A DNA stretch of 64,000 nucleotides from the IMG/VR virus record IMGVR_UViG_3300030372_002239, positions 1 to 64,000 of that record. One strand, 5' to 3'. A program made the position numbers and the translations under genes. Position 1 is the stretch's first letter. Each line of letters starts with the position of its first letter. This stretch comes from an uncultured virus (IMG/VR IMGVR_UViG_3300030372_002239) (lineage: Duplodnaviria > Heunggongvirae > Uroviricota > Caudoviricetes). Below are positions 19,123 to 28,584 of the stretch, one piece after another. Below the pieces are notes generated by a model that had not been told where the DNA came from, made no database searches, and was given only the letters and a program-made list of their open reading frames with translations.

Positions 19123-19437
19123 ATGAAGGTACGCGCAGTAGGAGGAAGCCGGGCTATTTCCAGCAATAGCAGCACGACATTCAAAACGTCAGCGTCAGCA
19201 CTTGCCGCCAACGACTATCGCAAGTCATTCACGATAACCAACATGGCGACTGGAAAACTCTACGTTAATCTTTCCAGCACGACTCCATCGGCCACGGCCT
19301 GTCATTTTGTTTTGCCGGGTTGTGGGTCAGCGGCAGATGGCACGGGCGGTTCGTTGAACGTGGATGGATATGTTGGCGCAGTGACGGTTTTAGGCACGGG
19401 GTCTGGTGGAAGCTATTCGGTAGTAGAGTTCGTCTAA
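19123..19437 (+). CDS. Small beta-rich virion protein
   Basis: S/T/G-rich ORF before tail fibre genes. Confidence 0.55.
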   Translation: MKVRAVGGSRAISSNSSTTFKTSASALAANDYRKSFTITNMATGKLYVNLSSTTPSATACHFVLPGCGSAADGTGGSLNVDGYVGAVTVLGTGSGGSYSVVEFV

Positions 19438-19452
19438 AGGAGAACAAAACAC

Positions 19453-21915
19453 ATGGGAGCAAAATTTAGTAGCGGCGGCGGAGCCACAGTCTTTTATGAC
19501 GATGGGCCAATAACTGCGCCCTCTGGAGAGCAGGGAACGCAGCGCACCGAGTTTGAAGCCGCGATCAAGTCGGTCACATCGTCCACGGATGTCGGTGCAG
19601 TATTTTTGTACGACACACGCAACGACTCAGACGGTGGCGCGTGGAGGAAGAAGTGCGCGGGACTTTCTTGGTTTGACGAATCCGCAAGTGCCACACGTTC
19701 TTCACGTTCAGAATTTCCGAGTGTTGCGCTTTTAGTAGGCGATGCTGGTGCGGACACTTTAACAATTTACGACCTCGATGACCCGTCAATACCGGTTTGG
19801 ATGGTTTTTCAGCAAGGAGGTTCTGGAGCCGCAACTAACGCTATTGGCACAACTGCCGCAACATTTAGCAGCATTGCTGCGCTGAACGGAATTATCTGCG
19901 TTGGCGGCGCTAATGCGGCTTATTTAAATCTTCAAGAAATCAATTTACTGACCGAAGAAATTCACCGGCACTCAAGCGCAAGTGACGGCGGTTTTTACCA
20001 AGGCAACATTGCCGAACGAAATGGTGGCAAAGGGTGGGGCGGCACAATGGAACTCATTGCGGACTACCGAGCCAACGATGTAGCGATGACGGTTCTTGAA
20101 GGCGCAGAAATAGGTGCGCTTGGTTTGCCAATTCCGACGATAGCTGTTGCTTGCAATTCACCCGGCGCGTCGGTCATTCACCCAAACGGCGATGTCTATA
20201 ATTTTACCGTTGGAAGCTATGACACAAATGCAGTCGCGTGGGACAAAGACGGGTTGTTAATTCAGTTTGTAAATGGAACGCAGCGACGAGTTGACCGAGT
20301 TCCGTTTGGTTCGCTTTACACCAACACTACCGTTTCATCGTCTACGGTTATTTATAATCTGACGAATAGTGGTTGGAGCGCGAGTGATGGTATGGCGTTG
20401 GGATTGTCCCAAGGCTCGCTGATTACCGCTGGTGAAAAAACGGTGGCTCAAGGTGGCACAAGTGGCTTGCAGATAGTTAAGCGGCAGTCAGGTAACGATT
20501 CGGGAACAGGCGAAAATTTAGCCGCACACATAACCAGTTCCTACAACACCGGCTATATGCTTGGTGACATTCGCGGTGCGTTTTTGATGGGCGACAGAAC
20601 CGCCGACCGTAGTGTGAAGGGGAACACGCTGACGCTTAACCAAGCGAGCGGAAGTGATACGGTTGATGCGGAGAAAGTTGATGGCGCAAGTGGGACAGCC
20701 GATTTGTTTGGCTACAAAAGTTTCAGCGCAGATAACTATTTAAGCAAATCACACACATCCGACTTTGATTTTGGGACGGGTGATTTCTCGATAATGTTTT
20801 GGGTGAAATATTCCTCTGCATCTGGCGGTGAGTATTTGTTTGCTAGGGACACTACTTCGGGCAGTTCAAATAAAATTGCGTTATACGTTGGGGGTAGCAA
20901 TTTTACAGTCTACGCCGGAACTGAAACTGATGTATCTGCACTCGATGTCGATGATGGTCAATGGCATCAGATTGGTTTAGTTCGTACAAACGGCAAACTG
21001 TATACGTTGGAAAACGGGAAGTACGGCGCGAGTGGAGTTGATTCAACCTCGTCAGTCACAAACGGTTTGGCGGTACTGCATATCGGTCAATACACATCTG
21101 GCAGTTCCCCAGCGGCTAACGCATCTATTTCTTTATTTCGCATCAGCAAAACCGCACCAACGCCGCAGCAAGTCAAAGATATGTATGAGGCAGAAGCACC
21201 GTTGTTCAGAGCGGGTGCGAAGTGTTTGTTGGATTACAGCAGCACAGTAGGCGACCTAGCTTACGACAAAGGTACAGATTTATTGTATGTGACTACGAAG
21301 GTTGCTGGTGTAGCTGGAAGTGGTAATATTTTTAGAGGTTTGGAGAGTATTGACACGCTAAATAGTAACCCCACTTTTGGCCATTCTGTCGCAAACAAAA
21401 TACTTTCAAACATAACTGCTGCAAATGGAGTTGTTGCTGTTGGTTCAGAAGCACACGCTGGCGTGAATCTCCCCGCAATAGACGTTCGCGGCGACATCAA
21501 CACCGCCGACACCAAGCTGCCGGATGACGGGAAGCTGCATTTCAGCGGCGTGACTACTGACGCGACCGTCACAACGATTGGCCAAATTCCAGTAGCCGAA
21601 GGTGAGAGTTATATGGTTCGCGCAGTCATCAGCGGCAACCAATATCAAGACCAAGACGGTGAACGTATTTTAGTCACAACCGAGCGCACTTTTTATCGCG
21701 ATATTGGCGGCAACATTTTAGCGCGTAGCGATACGATGAAGCTGACCGACGAGACTACTTCGTCAATGGACGCGATACTTAGCTACAACACCTCGCCGCC
21801 AGCGCATAACATTTTGATTAAAGTGACCGGCATAGCTTCAACACCTATAACGCGCATGCAATGGAACGCAACCGTAGAGGTGCAACGCATAACCGAGCGC
21901 AGCTACGAACGATAG
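19453..21915 (+). CDS. Tail fibre/spike protein with LamG (ConA-like) domain
   Basis: FDFGTGDFSIMFWVK and DDGQWHQIGLVR motifs; G/S/T-rich. Confidence 0.75.
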   Translation: MGAKFSSGGGATVFYDDGPITAPSGEQGTQRTEFEAAIKSVTSSTDVGAVFLYDTRNDSDGGAWRKKCAGLSWFDESASATRSSRSEFPSVALLVGDAGADTLTIYDLDDPSIPVWMVFQQGGSGAATNAIGTTAATFSSIAALNGIICVGGANAAYLNLQEINLLTEEIHRHSSASDGGFYQGNIAERNGGKGWGGTMELIADYRANDVAMTVLEGAEIGALGLPIPTIAVACNSPGASVIHPNGDVYNFTVGSYDTNAVAWDKDGLLIQFVNGTQRRVDRVPFGSLYTNTTVSSSTVIYNLTNSGWSASDGMALGLSQGSLITAGEKTVAQGGTSGLQIVKRQSGNDSGTGENLAAHITSSYNTGYMLGDIRGAFLMGDRTADRSVKGNTLTLNQASGSDTVDAEKVDGASGTADLFGYKSFSADNYLSKSHTSDFDFGTGDFSIMFWVKYSSASGGEYLFARDTTSGSSNKIALYVGGSNFTVYAGTETDVSALDVDDGQWHQIGLVRTNGKLYTLENGKYGASGVDSTSSVTNGLAVLHIGQYTSGSSPAANASISLFRISKTAPTPQQVKDMYEAEAPLFRAGAKCLLDYSSTVGDLAYDKGTDLLYVTTKVAGVAGSGNIFRGLESIDTLNSNPTFGHSVANKILSNITAANGVVAVGSEAHAGVNLPAIDVRGDINTADTKLPDDGKLHFSGVTTDATVTTIGQIPVAEGESYMVRAVISGNQYQDQDGERILVTTERTFYRDIGGNILARSDTMKLTDETTSSMDAILSYNTSPPAHNILIKVTGIASTPITRMQWNATVEVQRITERSYER

Positions 21916-21924
21916 GAATTTAAA

Positions 21925-22881
21925 ATGGCAAGTGAATTAGAAGTAGGGAAGGTTGGAATTGGCATAACACCAGACGCTGCTGCGAAATTAGATGTTAACG
22001 GCACAATTTACGTCAGAAACACAAGTGTAAAAGGCGTAATTTCCTGTCCAAGCAGCGACATATTTGACATTGCAAACGCCAGCGGAGGAACGAGTAATCC
22101 AATCACGTTCAGCACGCAAGGCGAAGAGCGGATGCGGATAAGCAGCAGCGGCTCAGTCAACGTCTCTGGCCCGTTTCTCAATGTGGGCGGCGGTTACGGT
22201 TCTACTGGGCTGTCTATAAGTGACGCTGGTGCTTTACAGGCAGATGGCTTGGCCACGTTCAGCGGTGGAATAGCGCAAGGCGGCACAAGCGGCGACAATA
22301 CGGCTAACATTGACGCAAGTGGAATTATGAACATTCGCCGACCAAGTGGGGTTGGTCGCAATATGATTAATTTTCATAACGGCAACGATGGCAGCGGCAA
22401 CGCAACATTTGTTGGCGGGATTACGACAAACACGACCGCTACCCAGTACAACGTCTCATCCGACTACCGGCTGAAAGAAAATCTTGAACCGCTAACCGGC
22501 GCACTTGACCGGCTCGACGCTTTGCCGGTCTACCGCTTCAACTTCAAAGCCGACCCCGACACAACCGTTGACGGTTTCGTCGCGCACGAAGTTTCGGAAC
22601 ACGTTCCAGAGGCGATTACCGGTGAGAAAGACGCGATGAAAACTGTCGTTGTTCAGGAGGCAGTTAGGGCGCAACCGGCGACCTACTACGAGGAAGGCGA
22701 CGAACTGCCAGAAGGCAAAGCAGTAGGAGACGAAAAAACACCGGCAGTTGAAGCGGTTGAAGAAGTGACCGAGGAACAGCCCGACTACCAAGGCATCGAC
22801 CAAAGCAAACTGGTTCCGCTTCTCGTCGCTGCCGTTAAAGAATTGAAAGCGAAAGTTGAAGTATTGGAGGGCGGCGAATGA
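21925..22881 (+). CDS. Tail fibre protein with C-terminal peptidase S74 intramolecular chaperone
   Basis: SDYRLKEN, GFVAHEV, IDQSKLVPLLVAAVKEL; VGIG and ERMRI fibre repeats. Confidence 0.9.
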   Translation: MASELEVGKVGIGITPDAAAKLDVNGTIYVRNTSVKGVISCPSSDIFDIANASGGTSNPITFSTQGEERMRISSSGSVNVSGPFLNVGGGYGSTGLSISDAGALQADGLATFSGGIAQGGTSGDNTANIDASGIMNIRRPSGVGRNMINFHNGNDGSGNATFVGGITTNTTATQYNVSSDYRLKENLEPLTGALDRLDALPVYRFNFKADPDTTVDGFVAHEVSEHVPEAITGEKDAMKTVVVQEAVRAQPATYYEEGDELPEGKAVGDEKTPAVEAVEEVTEEQPDYQGIDQSKLVPLLVAAVKELKAKVEVLEGGE

Positions 22882-23432
22882 TTAGAAGCACCGACATTCA
22901 GCCAGACACCTACAAAGGCGGCGCATACTTGAGGCGGTGGTCTATCAACGAGAACGGCCAAGCGGTTTGCGTTGAGGATGCTTATCCCGTAGCTGATACA
23001 GAACAAGCAACGCTTGACGCGCAGAGCGAACGCAACGCCAACATCAAATTTAAACTGGCAGACGTTGAGGCGTTGGAGAAGGCGCGGCTAGTTCCAGAGC
23101 CAGAGGGAGACGTTCCCAAGACCTTCACCGAGACTGATCCAGAGGGGAACGAGACGGAGCGACCGTATCAAGCGTGGGCTGAATACGATTTGGCACAAAC
23201 AACAATAGCCGGTGCAACAAATTTGACGAACGCTTTTGAGGTGGTTCGCAAAGGCAAGCCGAGCGAGACGTTGCCGGTGATGAAAACTGTCGAGGAAACC
23301 GTCACCGACGAGGAAGGCAATGAAACGACGCGCTCGGTAGAAGTAGTGGATGAAGAAGCAGAACCGACTGCAAATCCTGCATACGCTACTTGGCAGTCAG
23401 CGTGGACAAGCGTGAGTACGTTGAATGACTAA
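22878..23432 (+). CDS. Acidic tail fibre-associated protein
   Basis: Coupled to fibre gene; repeated TDxEGNET. Confidence 0.6.
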   Translation: MIRSTDIQPDTYKGGAYLRRWSINENGQAVCVEDAYPVADTEQATLDAQSERNANIKFKLADVEALEKARLVPEPEGDVPKTFTETDPEGNETERPYQAWAEYDLAQTTIAGATNLTNAFEVVRKGKPSETLPVMKTVEETVTDEEGNETTRSVEVVDEEAEPTANPAYATWQSAWTSVSTLND

Positions 23433-23820
23433 TGTCCTAGATCATGCAGCACTTGAGAGAGTAGCAGAACAAGCAATCGGTCACTACGGCTGGTTGCTTA
23501 TTGCTGCGTTCTGTGCGCTGTTGTTTAAGGACATCTTGTTCAACTTCGCTCAAGGCTTGCTGATCTACTGGGGCAGCGACTTTGAGAACGATGAGATACT
23601 TTACATTAGTGGACGACAAGCACGGGTTATACGGCTTGGCTTAACGTCTACTACATTTTTTATGACAGACAGGCACACCAAGATGATTGTGCCGAATGAG
23701 CAGTTAAAGGCTCTTGTCGTAGAAAAGAAACTACCCGTTAATGGTGGTGCATCTTACTTGCCGAAAGGCGATGAAGGTGGTGTAATGAAAGTGGAGCTAA
23801 TAAAAGATGAACAGGACTGA
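23425..23820 (+). CDS. Membrane protein with MscS beta-domain-like segment
   Basis: TM helix then NFAQGL...VIRLGLTST...IVPNE pattern. Confidence 0.55.
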   Translation: MTNVLDHAALERVAEQAIGHYGWLLIAAFCALLFKDILFNFAQGLLIYWGSDFENDEILYISGRQARVIRLGLTSTTFFMTDRHTKMIVPNEQLKALVVEKKLPVNGGASYLPKGDEGGVMKVELIKDEQD

Positions 23821-23959
23821 TAAAATAACGCTAGGAATTTTTATAGGAGCGTTGGTCTTTATCGTCGTAATGGCGAGTGGCTGTAAGTCATTGCCGGGTA
23901 CTTTGGAAGTAGACACGCCTTTCTTTGATATAGAGTATCAAGGAGAAAAGAGCGAATGA
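23807..23959 (+). CDS. Small lipoprotein (50 aa, not in ORF track)
   Basis: Manual translation: hydrophobic stretch ending MASGC lipobox. Confidence 0.6.
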   Translation: MNRTDKITLGIFIGALVFIVVMASGCKSLPGTLEVDTPFFDIEYQGEKSE

Positions 23960-24120
23960 ATTTTGATGATCTTAAAGTGGCAATTGCCAGCGTAACAGGG
24001 ATCGGAAACTGGATGGTTTCTATTGACCTTGTACTTAAAGTTGCCATATCACTTGCATCATTAATTTACATAATCTTAAAAATTAAAGAACTAATTAACA
24101 AGAACAATGGCATACGGTAA
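23956..24120 (+). CDS. Small holin-like membrane protein (54 aa, not in ORF track)
   Basis: MNFDDLKVAIASVTGIGNWMVSIDLVLKVAISLASLIYIILKIKELINK; basic C-terminus. Confidence 0.5.
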   Translation: MNFDDLKVAIASVTGIGNWMVSIDLVLKVAISLASLIYIILKIKELINKNNGIR

Positions 24121-25330
24121 ACGTAAAAAAGGTGGACAACGCCTTATGGAAATTGCACAAGCTGGCGCGAAACGACGAGCAGCGAAGAAAACAGCAGATA
24201 AAGCTAAAGCTAAACTTGCGTCTATGCGGAAACAACTTGGCGTAGACAAAAGTTCTCCGTCAAGAAATCGGACAAAGGTTCAGATAACGATGAAGCCCAA
24301 GAATAAAACTCTTGAGGCAGCAAAGCGCAATATAGCAAAAGGCCCAGTTACAAGAACTGTCAAAAAGACTGCCACTACAAAGCCAGCGAAGAAGCCTGTT
24401 GCAAAGAAACCCGCAGCTAAAAAGCCAGCGAAGACTGATGCACAAAAGCTAGCTGATTACCGTAAGAATCCAACAAAGGGCATGGCTCCGCGTAATCTAC
24501 GCACGGAAGCACAACGCGCTGCTGACAGGAAACGCTTGATGAATCAAATGTCAGAAGCAAGAGGTATGTCTAAACTTGCTGGCGGCTTAACCAAAGATTT
24601 AGATAAGGCAAGATCAGCAACTGACGCTGCGATAACTGTAGCTACTTTACCTATAGGTGGCGGTGCAGTTCGTGGTGGTGCAGCATTAGGAAAAGCAGCA
24701 TTAAGTGGTGCAAAACGTGCAGCGACAACTGCCGGTAAAAAAGTAAAAGAGCAAGTTGCTAAACGAGGTTTAACTCCAACAGGTCGCAAGTTACGAAAAG
24801 CCGGTAACTATAGAGACACAAAAGGTCGCATACAAAAAATAGACTCGAATCCATTTAAGAAAGGCGGCACAAAGCCAAAGCCTAAAAAGAAGGCTTCACC
24901 AAAAGGCAAGAATCCGTTTAGAGAAGGTGGTACTAAAAAGCCAGCAAAGACTTCTTCTAAAAAGTCAGGCAAGAATCCGTTTTCTGCAAAAAATCCGTTC
25001 AACCCAAAAGGCGAACCGGTAAAGAAAAGCAAGGCTATTGAAATAGATATACCAGCACCAAAACCTAAAACAGTAAGAAAAGCAACTAAAGGCGCAACCA
25101 AGCCAGTAAACAAGGCAATGCCTAAAGACAATAAGGCGAGGCAAGCTAAACGCAAGAGTCTTCGTAAGGTAGCAGCGCCAAAACCCAAAGCAACATCAAA
25201 GTCCAAGGCTAAAGCAAAGACTAAAAAGCCGTCTGTATTAAAGAAGGGTGTAAACAAGGCTAAAAATCCGCAAACCAAGTTTAAGCAAGATCAGCTTAAA
25301 AGGAACATGAAGAAGCGCGGCAAGCGATGA
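24107..25330 (+). CDS. Very basic K/A/P-rich protein (histone H1-like composition)
   Basis: KKPAAKKPA and KNPF repeats. Confidence 0.75.
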   Translation: MAYGKRKKGGQRLMEIAQAGAKRRAAKKTADKAKAKLASMRKQLGVDKSSPSRNRTKVQITMKPKNKTLEAAKRNIAKGPVTRTVKKTATTKPAKKPVAKKPAAKKPAKTDAQKLADYRKNPTKGMAPRNLRTEAQRAADRKRLMNQMSEARGMSKLAGGLTKDLDKARSATDAAITVATLPIGGGAVRGGAALGKAALSGAKRAATTAGKKVKEQVAKRGLTPTGRKLRKAGNYRDTKGRIQKIDSNPFKKGGTKPKPKKKASPKGKNPFREGGTKKPAKTSSKKSGKNPFSAKNPFNPKGEPVKKSKAIEIDIPAPKPKTVRKATKGATKPVNKAMPKDNKARQAKRKSLRKVAAPKPKATSKSKAKAKTKKPSVLKKGVNKAKNPQTKFKQDQLKRNMKKRGKR

Positions 25331-25482
25331 CACAAGAAGATCAAGCAAACGAGTTTACTCGGAGACTCTGCGCTGCCATTGAGTACGCAGATCAAGAACT
25401 TGATCTTACCGCTGAACAGCTTATCGGCTCACTTGAAGTAGCGAAGCAAATATTAATAACAGAGTTCTTAAATGGCGATTAA
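25327..25482 (+). CDS. Small acidic protein (51 aa, not in ORF track), homologue of 11333..11551
   Basis: Manual translation MTQEDQANEFTRRLCAAIEYADQELDLTAEQLIGSLEVAKQILITEFLNGD. Confidence 0.7.
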   Translation: MTQEDQANEFTRRLCAAIEYADQELDLTAEQLIGSLEVAKQILITEFLNGD

Positions 25483-25780
25483 GAAAGACTCAAGATTAAC
25501 AAGAGCAGGAGTCACAGGCTACAACAAGCCCAAGCGTACTCCCGGTCATCCTACGAAGTCACACATTGTTGTGGCTAAAGACGGTGATCAAGTTAAGACG
25601 ATTCGCTTTGGTCAACAGGGAGTTAAAACAAATCAGACTGCCGGACAACGAAAAGCGTTCAAATCTCGTCACTCCAAAAATATAGCTCGCGGAAAAATGT
25701 CTGCGGCTTTTTGGGCAAACAAAGTTAAATGGAGTCCAAGCAAAACAAAATCAAGTTCTAGTAAATGGAAGAAGGGATAA
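25472..25780 (+). CDS. Small basic phage protein
   Basis: KTIRFGQQG...RKAFKSRH...SAAFWANKVKW. Confidence 0.8.
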   Translation: MAIKKDSRLTRAGVTGYNKPKRTPGHPTKSHIVVAKDGDQVKTIRFGQQGVKTNQTAGQRKAFKSRHSKNIARGKMSAAFWANKVKWSPSKTKSSSSKWKKG

Positions 25781-25781
25781 C

Positions 25782-25943
25782 ATGGCAGCAAAAAAACAAC
25801 TCACTCAAAGACAAAAAGACACGTTAAAGCGTCATTCAGTTCACCATACAAGTAAGCACATGACTGAGATGAGAAAACTAATGAAGTCTGGTAAAACATT
25901 CACGGCATCTCATAAGATTGCCATGAAGAAAGTTGGAAAATAA
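25782..25943 (+). CDS. Small basic His-rich protein (53 aa, not in ORF track)
   Basis: MAAKKQLTQRQKDTLKRHSVHHTSKHMTEMRKLMKSGKTFTASHKIAMKKVGK. Confidence 0.75.
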   Translation: MAAKKQLTQRQKDTLKRHSVHHTSKHMTEMRKLMKSGKTFTASHKIAMKKVGK

Positions 25944-26092
25944 TGGCATCACCAAAACCAACAAGGCCAGCGTTATGGTCAAAAGCCAAGTCAATGGCTA
26001 AAGGAAAATTTAAAGTGTATCCATCAGCTTATGCAAATGCATGGGCGGCCAAAGAGTACAAGAAAATGGGAGGTAGATGGAAGAATGCCTAA
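25943..26092 (+). CDS. Small basic protein (49 aa, not in ORF track)
   Basis: MASPKPTRPALWSKAKSMAKGKFKVYPSAYANAWAAKEYKKMGGRWKNA; TAATG coupling. Confidence 0.75.
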   Translation: MASPKPTRPALWSKAKSMAKGKFKVYPSAYANAWAAKEYKKMGGRWKNA

Positions 26093-26351
26093 ACCAATGC
26101 AAGGCTTGACTCGTTGGTTTAAAGAAGAATGGATTGACGTTAGAACAGGAAAGCCTTGTGGCAGGAAGAAAGGCGAGAAACGTGGCACACCATATTGCAG
26201 ACCAAAGAAACGAGTCACAAGTAAGACTCCGAAAACTGCAAGTGAGATGACCGCATCAGAAAAACGTAAAAGAATTTCGCAGAAGAAGCGTTTAGGACAA
26301 CCAGCAGGAAAGCCAAGACGAGTCTCTGTTGCAAAAAGAAAGAAAAAATAA
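26085..26351 (+). CDS. Small basic protein
   Basis: GLTRWFKEEW...KPCGR...YCRPKKRV. Confidence 0.75.
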   Translation: MPKPMQGLTRWFKEEWIDVRTGKPCGRKKGEKRGTPYCRPKKRVTSKTPKTASEMTASEKRKRISQKKRLGQPAGKPRRVSVAKRKKK

Positions 26352-26467
26352 TGCCGTACGGAAAAGGAAGTTATGGAAGTAAGATGGGTAGACCACCTAA
26401 AAAAGCAAAAACAACAATGAAACGTGTTGTAAAAAAAGTTAAGAAACCAAAGCGAAAGATGTATTAA
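26351..26467 (+). CDS. Basic 38 aa peptide with AT-hook-like GRP motif (not in ORF track)
   Basis: MPYGKGSYGSKMGRPPKKAKTTMKRVVKKVKKPKRKMY; TAATG coupling on both sides. Confidence 0.7.
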   Translation: MPYGKGSYGSKMGRPPKKAKTTMKRVVKKVKKPKRKMY

Positions 26468-26640
26468 TGTTAAGCGGTAAAAAAACATACATGACGGCAG
26501 CCGGTGGTATTCTCGCGGCTGTAGGTGCATACTTCTCTGGAGACATGGAAATGGGTACGATGATAAACATTGTTGTTACATCGTTGCTTGCCGTGTTTCT
26601 ACGGAAAGGTGTAAAGAGCGATACGAGTGGGGCTAATTAA
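26467..26640 (+). CDS. Two-TM holin-like protein (57 aa, not in ORF track)
   Basis: MLSGKKTYMTAAGGILAAVGAYF...IVVTSLLAVFLRKG. Confidence 0.6.
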   Translation: MLSGKKTYMTAAGGILAAVGAYFSGDMEMGTMINIVVTSLLAVFLRKGVKSDTSGAN

Positions 26641-26905
26641 AGCCATACTCGCATTGTTCAAAGCCTTTCCTACTTTGGAGAGGCTTTTTATGCATATATC
26701 AGATGCAGTTAAAGAAGCCAACGCAGCGAAAAGGTATGAGGATAAACTTACTCATATTGATAATGCTTTGCGTGTCAACGGGTTGTCAGACAACGCCAAA
26801 GTACGAGAACGTCAAGGAACTGACGGCACATCCCCAATTCCCGAAAGCGGCGTTTCACGCACCAGACTTTACAAGGCAAGCGATGAGAACAATAGCTCGA
26901 CTTGA
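26627..26905 (+). CDS. Putative inner-membrane spanin-like protein
   Basis: Hydrophobic N-terminus; overlapped by a lipoprotein ORF. Confidence 0.45.
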   Translation: MGLIKAILALFKAFPTLERLFMHISDAVKEANAAKRYEDKLTHIDNALRVNGLSDNAKVRERQGTDGTSPIPESGVSRTRLYKASDENNSST

Positions 26906-26927
26906 ATACGAACTTGAACGTCAATGA
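26736..26927 (+). CDS. Lipoprotein, putative outer-membrane spanin-like
   Basis: MRINLLILIMLCVSTGC lipobox; overlaps previous ORF in Rz/Rz1 style. Confidence 0.5.
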   Translation: MRINLLILIMLCVSTGCQTTPKYENVKELTAHPQFPKAAFHAPDFTRQAMRTIARLEYELERQ

Positions 26928-27523
26928 CACCAGTTACGAAAAGAAATAAAGCAAATCTTGAGTTTCACCACACTAGCGGCATTGGAGCAAGTTTTGGCGT
27001 GGCAATGTCAAGCACAGGTTTTAGTCTTGCTGATGTAGCTACATTTAATTCAGCCTCATATTATGAAACTTTTTACCGAGTAACAAGATTCACGACTGGT
27101 GGAAGTAGTATTGCTGCTATAATAACTGTTTCAAGCAATGTATTTTCTATTAAACCAGATGCAGGACATACCGAGCTTGGATTGTTTTTTAGATATGTAA
27201 CTCCAAAGGCTAATCAAGAGTACACAATGAGCTTTAATGTGTCAGCTATTGGGACGGGTTCTGTCTATAAATTAAAATACATGAATGAAGATACCACGTT
27301 AACTGATGTTCACACTTTAACAACTGGTATAAATACCATAAATTTTACGACAAATTCAACTATTGCAACAACCAATATATTTGGAATTGTTGCAGATGTA
27401 CTGGGTACTAGCGCAGCGAATCGTGTACTAGAAATTGATGCCAGCAGTACACCGGTTAATTTTGTCGAAAAACTTGGCACACCGTCAGCACTTGATACAA
27501 TTGTTCCGATAACAAAACGATGA
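26924..27523 (+). CDS. Beta-rich virion protein
   Basis: T/S-rich; coupled to both neighbours. Confidence 0.55.
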   Translation: MTPVTKRNKANLEFHHTSGIGASFGVAMSSTGFSLADVATFNSASYYETFYRVTRFTTGGSSIAAIITVSSNVFSIKPDAGHTELGLFFRYVTPKANQEYTMSFNVSAIGTGSVYKLKYMNEDTTLTDVHTLTTGINTINFTTNSTIATTNIFGIVADVLGTSAANRVLEIDASSTPVNFVEKLGTPSALDTIVPITKR

Positions 27524-28584
27524 GTTCACAATACATTATAGAAAGATTTGGCCGAAAGGTTGGTTTAAATCCAGATGACATAAATCAACGCTATGTTATT
27601 TTAGACTTTGTTAATGAAGCCTTGCAGACAATCTATGAATATGTAGATATTCCCGGCTCGTTAGTTGAAGAAGAATTTTACGTTGCAGGAAATAAACGTA
27701 TCGCAATGAGTCGCGACGTTCAGTCAATCCGCGCAATGCGGGAGAAGGAATCAAAACTCCCTTGGAAGTCACAGAATCTAATTTCTGAATACAACTTCAA
27801 CAATTGGAGAAGCGACAGTCGTTGTTTTCGTATTGTAGGATACAGCGCAATTAAAGAATCGTTAAAGTCTGCAATAACAGCAGCAAGAGGTTCAAACGCA
27901 ACTGGTGTTACAGTAAAAGCACATGGACAAATTTCGGCTGAAACTCTGCACGTTACATTTGAAACCAGACAGGCAAACTCTCTTGCAGTTCTCCAGAATA
28001 AAGTAGTTTCTTATGTTGCTACCACTGGAAATCATGCAGTAAGTACGAGTGAACTTCAATTAGACAATACAAATATTATATCGGATATTGTTAATATCCG
28101 CAGATTTGATAATGCTACACGCGAAAGATACGGTACTTCCACAGCAGCAGAACAAATTCCCGGTATTTTTCAAGTTGTAGATACAGCAGACGGTACAGTT
28201 TACGCTGAGATACCTTCGGGCCAAAGTGAATCAAGTTATTTAATTGTAGACGTATCAGAGTTTCCATGGGACGAAAACTCAGCACAAGACGATGAACACA
28301 CGTTGCAGATTCTGTACAAGAAAAAACTCAGATACATTCAGAGCAATGATGATATTTTTCCGCTTGTTGGATATGAAAACATTGTGATGCACAAAGCGAT
28401 GCAATTGTTTCTTGAAGAACAGGGCAAGATACAAGAAGCACTCGTTTTTGAGAACAAAGTAAACCGTGATCTAGGTAGGAAGATCGCAGATATGGAACGA
28501 GGCCAAGAGCGCAAGATGCAATTTGGTCGTCATCCCCATGACAATTTAACATTAGGTCGTCGTTTTCATTATCATCGTGGCTAG
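27520..28584 (+). CDS. Putative head-tail adaptor / tail tubular protein A-like
   Basis: Position directly before nozzle-like gene. Confidence 0.5.
   Translation: MSSQYIIERFGRKVGLNPDDINQRYVILDFVNEALQTIYEYVDIPGSLVEEEFYVAGNKRIAMSRDVQSIRAMREKESKLPWKSQNLISEYNFNNWRSDSRCFRIVGYSAIKESLKSAITAARGSNATGVTVKAHGQISAETLHVTFETRQANSLAVLQNKVVSYVATTGNHAVSTSELQLDNTNIISDIVNIRRFDNATRERYGTSTAAEQIPGIFQVVDTADGTVYAEIPSGQSESSYLIVDVSEFPWDENSAQDDEHTLQILYKKKLRYIQSNDDIFPLVGYENIVMHKAMQLFLEEQGKIQEALVFENKVNRDLGRKIADMERGQERKMQFGRHPHDNLTLGRRFHYHRG

Larger units (their letters stand above)
1..23432. mobile_element. Phage A: partial tailed-phage genome (replication, early, head and tail fibre modules)
   Basis: Polymerase, primase, helicase, terminase, portal, scaffold and capsid genes in phage order; GC-richer codon usage than downstream sequence; right boundary approximate. 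Confidence 0.85.

Noticed and set aside
26163..26179. TGGCACACCATATTGCA, sigma54-like
   Set aside because: GG-N11-GC spacing is one base too long and the site lies inside a CDS
27475..27490. TGGCACACCGTCAGCA about 30 bp before a tail gene
   Set aside because: Spacing is right but it lacks the T before GC and the GAA core, and lies inside a CDS; weak candidate at best
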